Both the position numbers and the translations under genes were made by a program. A model generated the notes under the pieces. It was not told the origin of the DNA. It did no database searches and saw nothing but the letters and a program-made list of their open reading frames with translations. DNA of 64,000 nt from Gemmatimonadales bacterium. Its GTDB lineage: Bacteria > Gemmatimonadota > Gemmatimonadetes > Gemmatimonadales > GWC2-71-9. Numbering within the stretch: the first letter of the stretch is position 1; the number at the start of each line of letters is the position of its first letter. Where the stretch lies: contig JBFGDF010000001.1 in the NCBI GenBank assembly GCA_041580775.1, positions 22,219 through 86,218 of the forward strand. The letters run 5' to 3'. Positions 27,665 to 35,650 of this stretch are shown here, in pieces.

Positions 27665-28178
27665 TGGTCCCCTCCCCCAGCAGGGCGCGCAGGCGCGTCT
27701 TGCCGCGCTCGTAATGGGTCCGTGCCGTCCCCACCGATACCCGGAGAACGGCGGCGGCCTCGGCGATCGTGAGGTCCTGATAGAACACGAGGTGGAGCAC
27801 CTCCCGCTGCCGGGCGGGCAGCTGGCGCAGCGCCGCGACGAGGCGCGCCGACGCTTCTGCTCGCGCCATCGCGGTAGCGGGATCCAGGCCGGGCGCGTGC
27901 GCGCCCCCCCGCCCATCGAGGCTCGCGAGCGGCAGCAACCGGCGGACCGTCCGGCGACGCCGCTCCTCGGCCGCGGTCCGCCGGATCACGCCGAACAGCC
28001 ACGTGCGGAACGCCGAACGCCCTGCATAGCGGGCGCGGCCGTCGATGATCTTCAGGTACGCCGTCTGCAACACGTCCTCCGCCATCGTGCGGTCCCACCG
28101 GCAGCAGGCGAGCGCCCAGCCGAAGGCCGCGCGATGGTGCTGCGTGAGTTCCGCTTCCAGGTCGCTCCGGGTCATCAC
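27657..28178 (-). CDS. ECF (group IV) sigma-70 factor
   Basis: Region 2 is EDVLQTAYLKI...FRTWLFGVIRRTA. Region 4 is LPARQREVLHLVFYQDLTIAEAAAVLRVSVGTARTHYERGK. Confidence 0.85.
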   Translation of the reverse strand: MMTRSDLEAELTQHHRAAFGWALACCRWDRTMAEDVLQTAYLKIIDGRARYAGRSAFRTWLFGVIRRTAAEERRRRTVRRLLPLASLDGRGGAHAPGLDPATAMARAEASARLVAALRQLPARQREVLHLVFYQDLTIAEAAAVLRVSVGTARTHYERGKTRLRALLGEGTNA

Positions 28179-28235
28179 ACCAGTGCCGGCTCAGACCATG
28201 AGTGGCGCGAACGGGATCATCATATGACAATGGCG

Positions 28236-28241
28236 TATACT
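28236..28241 (+). promoter_or_regulatory. -10-like TATACT box 7 nt upstream of ATG 28249 (leaderless-type)
   Basis: The plus strand reads TATACT-aggggcg-ATG, with no separate Shine-Dalgarno at normal spacing. Confidence 0.35.
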
Positions 28242-28248
28242 AGGGGCG

Positions 28249-28581
28249 ATGGGCATCCTGCTGCTGCTGCTCGGGCTCCTGGCCGCAGGCTCCGGGGTCG
28301 TGAAACTCACATCGCGGGCCCGGCACCATCATGGGGTGTCGCCGCTTGCGTGGATCGAGGGCGGGGTCGGGACGATCGTGGTGCTGGCCTCCGGGGTGGG
28401 GCTCGGGCGGCTGCGGCCACTCGCCTGGACCGTCGTGGGGATCACGGCGCTCGTGGTCGTGGTGTCGTCCGCCGCGTACGTTCGGCGGGGACGGCAGGCG
28501 CGGGAGCGGCGGAGAACGTCGGAAGAAGATCGCCTGCGGCGGTACCTCGGGGGCAAATGGGAACGGTCCCCGCCCCGCTAG
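28249..28581 (+). CDS. Small membrane protein (110 aa, three hydrophobic segments, basic tail)
   Basis: MGILLLLLGLLAAGSGVV..., WIEGGVGTIVVLASGVGL..., WTVVGITALVVVVSSAAYV, then an RRGRQARERRR tail. Confidence 0.55.
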   Translation: MGILLLLLGLLAAGSGVVKLTSRARHHHGVSPLAWIEGGVGTIVVLASGVGLGRLRPLAWTVVGITALVVVVSSAAYVRRGRQARERRRTSEEDRLRRYLGGKWERSPPR

Positions 28582-29129
28582 ATGTCGAGGGGCGATCCGA
28601 AGGTGTCGTCGAACTGCCGGTCTCGGGCTCGCTCCTGCGCCTGCTGCTGGCGCAGGATGTACATGCCAAACGAGCTCGCCTGCCCCACGTTGAATCCATA
28701 GGCCGCGACCTCAAACTGGTCCCCGACGTCGAGCCGGGTTCGACCCCTGTGCACATCCGGCTGCTCGATTCCGTCCCGCCAGTCCCCCCAATGCACCAGC
28801 TCGTGAAGCACAATGGCCTCCAGCGCCAGCTGATTCCGCCGGATGCGCGGAGCCCGCTCGTACGCTCGAGCGAGTGAACGGGAGATCATCACCGCCGTTG
28901 GGGCCTGGGGAACAAATAGCCCGAGCTTCTTCAAGCGCACGATACGAACGAACGGACCTTCCCCCCAAGTCAGGACCCGGGTCGCCTCGTGTGGCGTGAA
29001 CTGGCCGTAACGCAGGAACGCGCGCCAGATCTGTCCTCCATCACGACGAGGGATCGTGTCCCGCGCCTGACGCAGCCAGTGAGCGGTCTGCGGGTAGACC
29101 TGCGCCTGTAACGGATACATGCGGGCCAT
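28578..29129 (-). CDS. Small HExxH zincin-like protein, no signal peptide
   Basis: The only recognisable motif is AIVLHELVHWGDW. Start is ATG 29129 (MARMYPLQ) with GGAG 6 nt upstream. Confidence 0.55.
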   Translation of the reverse strand: MARMYPLQAQVYPQTAHWLRQARDTIPRRDGGQIWRAFLRYGQFTPHEATRVLTWGEGPFVRIVRLKKLGLFVPQAPTAVMISRSLARAYERAPRIRRNQLALEAIVLHELVHWGDWRDGIEQPDVHRGRTRLDVGDQFEVAAYGFNVGQASSFGMYILRQQQAQERARDRQFDDTFGSPLDI

Positions 29130-29737
29130 GGGTCGCTCCGGTTTCAGCAGTTGCGCGCACGGTGCACGAACGACTACCGCATCTGCTGCAAACATGGCCC
29201 GGGGTCACGGGGCTGCAAGTCGACGACGGATGTGGTCGTCGTCAGCCGCACCGCGCGGAATCGTGCCTGGCCTACGCGTTCGGCACGCCTCGCCGAAGCC
29301 CGCTGGTCCCAACGGCCAGTGTGACGCCGAACACCAAAACGGCCAGCGGCTGCACGCCCCATCGCCGCGCAATGTGCCACGCCTGTTTGCCAACTGCCGT
29401 GCCGTGCATGCGGCACTCCATCCTCCCCGGCCCCGGTGTTGTACGGTGGCTCACACTGGCAAGTAACGCTCGCCGCTCGCGCAACAACGAGGCCGTCTCG
29501 GGCGCGTGACGGAAGCGCTTGCCGACGCGACGGTTGGCTCGCTCCGCTCGCTGGGCCGGGAGGGACGATCCGACCCTGCGTGGCCGAAACGACTAGGACG
29601 GCACGCCTCTTGTTCCTTATTCGTACGGTACCGCCGCGCAGGGTTGCAGCGGCGAACAGCGACGATACGGGCGCTCCCCTTTTCGGGTAGCCGCCCCGCG
29701 ACGGTAGACGCGGGACCCTGGGGTCCAGGAGTGACAC

Positions 29738-31102
29738 GTGCCCCGACTCTGTGTGGTGAGACTCTCCGAGGCGTTCGAGCGCTTCTGGCACGACGTGGCG
29801 GCCGACCTTGCCGTCACGCTGCGAGGCGCCCGGGCCAACGGCGCCGTCACGCCCGAGCGCGACACGATCGCCATCGTGCTGGCGGCCGGCGGTGCGGAGC
29901 GCGATGCGTTACGGTGGCTCCAGAATCACGACGTCCCGGCGACGATCCCGACACTCGTGGTGGGCGCGGATCCGTGCCGTCGGCTTGCGATGCAGATGGT
30001 GCGGTATGGCGCCGGCGACTACTTCGCCCTGCCCGAAGACGTCGAGGTCCTGCGGAGCGCGCTCGCCACGGCGCTGACCCGGAGTCGGGAACGGGGGGAC
30101 GAGTCCGTCGTCGGCGACGGACCGGACGCATTCGGCGCGATTGTCGGTGGGAGTCCACTGATGCGAACCGAGATCGAACGGGCAGCCACGCTGGCCCGTC
30201 ACCGCAACGCATCGGCCCTGATCCTGGGCGATACCGGGACGGGGAAGGAACTGCTCGCCCGGGCGATCCATGCGGCCAGCCCCCGCGCCGCAGCGCCGTT
30301 CGTGGCCGTGAACTGCTCGGCACTCCCGGAACACTTGGTCGAATCCGAGCTGTTCGGCCACGAGCGTGGCGCGTTCACCGACGCCCACGCCGCCAAACCC
30401 GGTCTGTTCGAGGTGGCAAACGCCGGCTCGCTGTTTCTCGACGAGATCGGTGACATTCCGCTGCTGCTGCAGGCCAAACTGCTGCGCGCGCTGGATGACA
30501 AGGAGATTCGTCGAGTCGGCGGCACGAAGTCGCGGGCCGTGGACGTGCGCATCCTCGCGGCCACCAACGAGGATCTGGACCGCTGCGTGCGCGAGGGGAC
30601 GTTCCGAGAAGACCTCTACTTCCGACTGAGCACGGTCGTCTTCCGGCTGCCGCCGCTCCGGGATCGGGGGGACGACGTGCTCCTCATTACGTCCGCCTTG
30701 CTGGAACGCCTCGCGTCCGAGCACGAGGTCCCCGTCCCACCGCTGACGGACGAGGTGCGGCACCGGCTGCTCACGCACCCCTGGCCGGGGAACGTGCGTG
30801 AACTCAAGAATGCCATCGAACGCGCGCTGTTGCTGTCGCCCCCGGGGCGCCTGAATGCCGCGGAAATCCTGCCCGAGACGGCGCCTCCGCTCCAGAACGG
30901 TGGACCCATCCCCTTCCCCGCCCCACTCGCCGATATCACGTGCGCCGCCGCGCGCGCGACGGTGGAGTGGTGCCATGGGAACCGCGCCGAGTCGGCCCGC
31001 CGCCTGGGCATTTCGCCTCGCCGGCTCCGGCGGCTCCTCGCGGGCGCCGACGGTGAAGGCATCGAGGACGATCAGCCCGAGCCCGAGACCGTTTCGGCCT
31101 GA
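29738..31102 (+). CDS. Sigma-54-type AAA+ transcriptional activator (NtrC family) with degenerate receiver-like N-domain and C-terminal Fis-type HTH
   Basis: Walker A GDTGTGKE, ESELFGHERGAFTDA, Walker B LFLDEIGD, and C-terminal NRAESARRLGISPRRLRRLL. AGGAG lies 6 nt upstream of GTG 29738. Palindrome GGACCC-TG-GGGTCC at 29713-29726. Confidence 0.85.
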   Translation: MPRLCVVRLSEAFERFWHDVAADLAVTLRGARANGAVTPERDTIAIVLAAGGAERDALRWLQNHDVPATIPTLVVGADPCRRLAMQMVRYGAGDYFALPEDVEVLRSALATALTRSRERGDESVVGDGPDAFGAIVGGSPLMRTEIERAATLARHRNASALILGDTGTGKELLARAIHAASPRAAAPFVAVNCSALPEHLVESELFGHERGAFTDAHAAKPGLFEVANAGSLFLDEIGDIPLLLQAKLLRALDDKEIRRVGGTKSRAVDVRILAATNEDLDRCVREGTFREDLYFRLSTVVFRLPPLRDRGDDVLLITSALLERLASEHEVPVPPLTDEVRHRLLTHPWPGNVRELKNAIERALLLSPPGRLNAAEILPETAPPLQNGGPIPFPAPLADITCAAARATVEWCHGNRAESARRLGISPRRLRRLLAGADGEGIEDDQPEPETVSA

Positions 31103-31368
31103 TCCTCCCCAGCGGCAGTCCCAACCGAGCGCGACGCGTGGTCGATTCGACCACGCCCATGGTCAACATGACCCTGCGGCCCCCGCCGTCCTGCGCCCGC
31201 CCGTCGCCGTAACTCCAAGTCCCCAAAACACCTGCCTCGACCGAGCCGGCGCGGAACGCTTCGTGCCACCTCGCTGCATCACACAATTGCGGCGTGGCGT
31301 GGGTCACCAACCTCGCGGATCGACGCGGGAAGCCGCAGCCACCGGACAGAAAGGGAAACGACACACGT

Positions 31369-32070
31369 ATGTCTCGACACTGGATGCTCGGATCGGTGGC
31401 TGTTGCCGCGGTGCTCCTGGCCTGTGCGGACTCGGCGGCCCCGTCGGCCGACGGGCTGCCGTCACTCGGCCGCGCGCCGCAGCAGGTGCGCTGGGCGGAT
31501 GGCCCACCGGCGCTGCGGGCGCTGGGGCTCACCCCCACGACCCTGATCGGTGGTGACCCCGTGGTGGAAGGACTCTCTTTCTCCGCCACCAGCCTGGAGC
31601 TCGACGCCTACACCGTCTCGTTCTGGGCGGTCGCGGGTCAGGACCGCGGCGTCCAGATCAACTGGCTGGATGACGGGACGTGGCAGCCGTACCTGATCTT
31701 CGACGTGCCCGAGGACGCTCTCAAGGCCATGCCCGACGGGCGACCGATGGTACCCGGCGATTCGGTGCTGATCACCGTCACGATCGATACGCTGGACATG
31801 GTGGCGCACTTCGAGCCCACCGGGCTCGCCTTCAAGTCCAACGAACCCGCGCGGCTGCAGATGTGGTACGCGGGGGCGCGGGGCGACTTGAACGGCGACA
31901 GCGGTGCGGACGCGACCGACTCGGCCATCGAGCTCACGGCCCTCGGCCTCTGGTATCAGGAAACGACCGCAGACCCGTGGAACCGACTCGACGCGGTCGC
32001 ACAGTCCGTGAGCGACGACTGGTTCCGCGCCGCGCTCGAGCACTTCTCCGGCTACGCCATTGCGTGGTGA
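31369..32070 (+). CDS. Lipoprotein, paralog A of a three-member tandem family (unknown function)
   Basis: Signal peptide with lipobox MSRHWMLGSVAVAAVLLAC. Shared blocks AYTVSFWAV, PDGRPMVPGDSVLITVTID and a C-terminal EHFSGYAIAW. Asp-rich GDLNGDSGADATD loop. Confidence 0.75.
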   Translation: MSRHWMLGSVAVAAVLLACADSAAPSADGLPSLGRAPQQVRWADGPPALRALGLTPTTLIGGDPVVEGLSFSATSLELDAYTVSFWAVAGQDRGVQINWLDDGTWQPYLIFDVPEDALKAMPDGRPMVPGDSVLITVTIDTLDMVAHFEPTGLAFKSNEPARLQMWYAGARGDLNGDSGADATDSAIELTALGLWYQETTADPWNRLDAVAQSVSDDWFRAALEHFSGYAIAW

Positions 32071-32086
32071 AGGAACGGGGACTGCC

Positions 32087-32701
32087 ATGACACGGCGCGC
32101 ATTCCGACGCATCGGGCTGGCACTGATCGCGGGCGTAGGGGGCTGCGCAGACCTCGGCGTGCCTCCCGACGGGACCTCGAGTGGCGAGATCGCCCTTTTC
32201 GGGGGACGCCACGCACCCGTGGTCGTCGCCCTGGCGGACAGCGCCCCGCGCCTCGAGGCCTACGCCGCAGCGTTCTGGGCGGTACAGGGTCGCCGCACGA
32301 CGTTCCGGCTGCACTACCTCGCGCCGGACCCGGAGCGGAGCGGCGGAGAGTTGCAGAAGTACCTCGTGCTCACGATCCCGGCCTTCACGCAGATCGTCCA
32401 CCCTGACGGCACGCCGCTCGTCGCGGGCGACTCGCTCCTGATCACCGTGACGGTGGACGGACTGGACCTCGCCGTGGAGCTCGGGCCGGACGGCGCCATG
32501 TTCGCCGGCGACCCCCTGCAGCTCGCGCTGTGGCTGGTCTACGCGGACCTGAATCCTCAACTCGGCGCGAGCGACCTTCGGATTTGGTATCGGCCGCCCG
32601 GCCCGGACGCGTGGACACCGCAACCGACCAGAGTGATCGCGGGCGGCAAAGCGCTGATCGGCGACCTGCGGCACTTCTCGAATTATGCCGTCGCCTACTG
32701 A
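32087..32701 (+). CDS. Lipoprotein, paralog B (divergent, lacks the Asp-rich loop)
   Basis: MTRRAFRRIGLALIAGVGGC lipobox. AYAAAFWAV, PDGTPLVAGDSLLITVTVD and a C-terminal RHFSNYAVAY. Confidence 0.7.
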   Translation: MTRRAFRRIGLALIAGVGGCADLGVPPDGTSSGEIALFGGRHAPVVVALADSAPRLEAYAAAFWAVQGRRTTFRLHYLAPDPERSGGELQKYLVLTIPAFTQIVHPDGTPLVAGDSLLITVTVDGLDLAVELGPDGAMFAGDPLQLALWLVYADLNPQLGASDLRIWYRPPGPDAWTPQPTRVIAGGKALIGDLRHFSNYAVAY

Positions 32702-32735
32702 TGCCTGGAACCGACGACGAACTGAGGGCCATTCG

Positions 32736-33467
32736 ATGCCACGACGCCCATTCCTGACCTCGATTCTGGTCGGCGCCGCGCTCCTGAGCTGCGGCGAGAG
32801 CGCCGGACCCCGGCTGGACGGACCGTCGCTGAGCCGGCACCCGCGGTACCTGGCCTGGGGCGGAGACGCGCCCCTCGTGATTCGCGCGATCGGCACGAGC
32901 GTGGCCACCCGCGGGACGGGCACCGGCACGGGCAGCGGCGAGCTGCCGCACGGATTCTCGGCCTCCCTGCAATTGAGCGCGTACCAGGTCGGCTTCTGGG
33001 CCGTGAAAGGCGAAGCACGGGGTGTGCAGATCGACTATGAGACGTGCGTTGCTTGGGAGGGGGAGCTCTGCACCGCCCGGACCTGGCATCCCTATCTGCT
33101 GCTTGACGTGCCGGCCAGCGCGCTGGCGCAGTGGCCAAACGGCAGCGCGATCGCCACCGGGGACTCCGTCTTCATCGAGCTGACCGTCGATCCGCAGAGC
33201 ATGGTCGTCGAGCTCGAGCCGTCCGGTCTGCGGTTCGGCGCGGGCGGGGCCGCACTCCAGATGTACTACACCGGCGCTCACGGGGATTACGACGGCGATG
33301 GTGACGCCGACACCGTCGATGGCGACATCGAGCGGCAGTGGATGGGGATGTTCTACCAGGCCGCGCCGACGGAGCCATGGGTGGCCATGGGCAGCCAGCA
33401 CTCGGTCTCCGGCCGCTGGTTCACGGCCTGGCTCGAGCACTTTTCGGGCTACGCCATCGCGTGGTAG
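32736..33467 (+). CDS. Lipoprotein, paralog C
   Basis: MPRRPFLTSILVGAALLSC lipobox. AYQVGFWAV, PNGSAIATGDSVFIELTVD, GDYDGDGDADTVDGD and a C-terminal EHFSGYAIAW identical to paralog A. Confidence 0.75.
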   Translation: MPRRPFLTSILVGAALLSCGESAGPRLDGPSLSRHPRYLAWGGDAPLVIRAIGTSVATRGTGTGTGSGELPHGFSASLQLSAYQVGFWAVKGEARGVQIDYETCVAWEGELCTARTWHPYLLLDVPASALAQWPNGSAIATGDSVFIELTVDPQSMVVELEPSGLRFGAGGAALQMYYTGAHGDYDGDGDADTVDGDIERQWMGMFYQAAPTEPWVAMGSQHSVSGRWFTAWLEHFSGYAIAW

Positions 33468-33560
33468 CACGGCCGATCATGCCGACGCGACCCCTGCGCC
33501 CGACGCGGTTTCAGAACTTCGCGATCGCCTGTCGTCGCGGTCACTGCTGAGGATGGACGC

Positions 33561-35561
33561 ATGACCACAGCTACGCTCTCCCCCGTGGACCATGAGGCGG
33601 CGTTCCGGCTCGCCGAGGCCGGTCGGCACGCGGAGCTGCTGACCTTCCTCCAGAGCTGGCCGGTGGAGACCGTGGAGGCGTCGCCGGCCCTCGCGCTGCT
33701 GTGCGGCACGGCGCACGCGCGTCTCGGGCGGCATGCCCTTGGGTTGCGCTGGGTGGAAACGGCCCTCAGCGGGGCGCGCCGTGAGGGCGACGGTGCGATC
33801 GAACGCCGTGCGCTGAACGCGCGGGGCGCCATCTCCCTGGTGACCGGTCGGGTGGACGAGGGTGCCGACTATTTCACGCAAGGCCTGCTCGCCGCCAGCC
33901 GGGACAACGACCTGGCCGGGATTGGCCGGTGTGCCAGCAATATCGGCGTGATCAACAACCTGCAGGGCCGGCAGGCCGAGGCAATCTCTTCGTACGCCAT
34001 GGCGGTGGCCGCGTACGCGAGCGCTGGGATGCACGGGGGCGTGGCCGAGTGTCACCACAACCTCAGCATCACCTATCGGGAACAGGACCATCTGGACCGG
34101 GCATTGGCCGAGGCACTGCGGGCGGCCGACGCCGCCGAGGCCTCGGGGGACGCCGGACTGCAGGCCCTCACGCTGCGCGGTCGCGCCGAGGTACGCGTGG
34201 CTCGGCAGGAATGGACGGCGGCGCGCCGGGAGATCCAGCTCGCGCTGGAGCGGCAACGGGCCCTCGGCGACCGGCTCCAGGAAGCCGAGAGCCTGCGCAT
34301 CCTGGCCGCCGTGCTGGCGGCCGAGGGGCAGCTCGCCGACGCGGAAGCCACCCTGCGGGACGTAATCGCGCGCGCCGAGGAGATGGAGCGCCCCCAACTC
34401 GTGGCGGAAGCAACGCGTGACCTAGCGCTGTTGCTGCACAAGCAGGGTCGGGACCGGGAGGCACGAGACGCCGCTCGCAAGGCCAAGCGGATCTTCGCGC
34501 AATTGGGCGCCGTCTACGAGCTGCGGAAGCTGGCGGAGCACGAGTGGGAGGACGAGTTCGCCGCGGAGCTGCGTCAGGTGCTTGCGCCGCTTCACGCCGC
34601 CCAGCGGATGGCGGACAGCGGACATTACGCCGAACTGGTGCGGTACCTGAGCGTGCGTCCGTACGACGAGCTCGAGCGCTCCCCGACCCTGTCGCTCCTG
34701 CGGGCCGTGGGACACGCGCGGCTGGGCCAGACGGACGCCGCGCGGCAGTGGGCACTGATCGCGCTGACGCGCGCTCGGGCGCGTGGCGACCGGGCGGTCG
34801 AGGTGCGGGCGCTGAACGTGAGCGGTGCCATCGCGCTGGAGATGGGCGGTGTCGACGAGGCCGTCCACTTCTTCGATCGGGCCCGGGAAGAAGCGATGCT
34901 GGAGAACGACCTTTCGACCGTGGGGCGCGCGTCGAACAACCTGGGTGTGATCGCCAACATGCAGGGCGACTACGGGCGGGCGGTCGGCGCATATACGATG
35001 GCCATCGCCGCGTATCAGCACGCACACGCCGAGCGCGGGGTCGCCGAGTCGCAGCACAATCTGGGGATTACGTTCCGCGATCAGGGGAAGCTCACCAACG
35101 CGCTGCAGGCCGCGGACGAGGCGATTCGCGGTGCCACCCGGGCGGGCGATGCCAGTCTGAAGGCGCAGGCGCTGGCCGGCCGCGCCGAGATCCGGGTCGT
35201 GCAGGGCGATGCGCGCGTGGCGCGCCGCGAGGCGGAGCGGGCGGCCGAGGCGCATCGGACGCTGAACGATCCAGTCCGCGAAGCGGAGGACAAGCGGATC
35301 CTCGCCAATGCCATGGCCGCCAGCGGGCAAATCGACGAGGCCATGGCGCTGCTGCGCGAGGTGACCGAACGGGCGCGCGTGTACACCCGGCCGCTGCTGG
35401 TGGCCACCGCCCAACGCGACCTGGCTCTCCTGCTGGCCCGCACGGGGGCGCGCGGCGAGGCGCGGGACGTCGCAGAGCAGGCGCGAGCGACGCTGCTCGA
35501 GCTGGGCGCCGCGGTCGAGGCCCGCAAGCTCGAGCACTTCCTCGGCGGCTCGGCCGCGTGA
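33561..35561 (+). CDS. TPR-like all-helical protein made of two colinear ~333-aa halves
   Basis: 666 aa. The two halves align by eye, for example NIGVINNLQGRQAEAISSYAMAVAAY...ECHHNLSITYREQ against NLGVIANMQGDYGRAVGAYTMAIAAY...ESQHNLGITFRDQ. GAGGA lies 7 nt upstream of the ATG. Confidence 0.75.
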   Translation: MTTATLSPVDHEAAFRLAEAGRHAELLTFLQSWPVETVEASPALALLCGTAHARLGRHALGLRWVETALSGARREGDGAIERRALNARGAISLVTGRVDEGADYFTQGLLAASRDNDLAGIGRCASNIGVINNLQGRQAEAISSYAMAVAAYASAGMHGGVAECHHNLSITYREQDHLDRALAEALRAADAAEASGDAGLQALTLRGRAEVRVARQEWTAARREIQLALERQRALGDRLQEAESLRILAAVLAAEGQLADAEATLRDVIARAEEMERPQLVAEATRDLALLLHKQGRDREARDAARKAKRIFAQLGAVYELRKLAEHEWEDEFAAELRQVLAPLHAAQRMADSGHYAELVRYLSVRPYDELERSPTLSLLRAVGHARLGQTDAARQWALIALTRARARGDRAVEVRALNVSGAIALEMGGVDEAVHFFDRAREEAMLENDLSTVGRASNNLGVIANMQGDYGRAVGAYTMAIAAYQHAHAERGVAESQHNLGITFRDQGKLTNALQAADEAIRGATRAGDASLKAQALAGRAEIRVVQGDARVARREAERAAEAHRTLNDPVREAEDKRILANAMAASGQIDEAMALLREVTERARVYTRPLLVATAQRDLALLLARTGARGEARDVAEQARATLLELGAAVEARKLEHFLGGSAA

Positions 35562-35577
35562 TCCGCGGGTGAAGGCT

Positions 35578-35610
35578 CCCCACGCCCCGGGCCGTCGCCG
35601 GGGCGCGGGG
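35578..35610. terminator. GC-rich hairpin between convergent genes
   Basis: CCCCACGCCCCGG (35578-35590), 7-nt loop, CCGGGGCGCGGGG (35598-35610). 13 bp with one mismatch and no T-tract. Confidence 0.35.
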
Positions 35611-35650
35611 CGCCGCGCCGCAACCGTCCTTCCCGCGTGAAGTCCGGGGC

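Noticed and set aside
31264-31279. Possible sigma-54 promoter TGCCAC-ctcg-CTGCAT upstream of the lipoprotein genes.
   Set aside because: The invariant GG of the -24 element is GC here. The spacing to the TGC of the -12 element is also one nucleotide short. Similar TGCCAC strings (for example near 29373) are equally imperfect.
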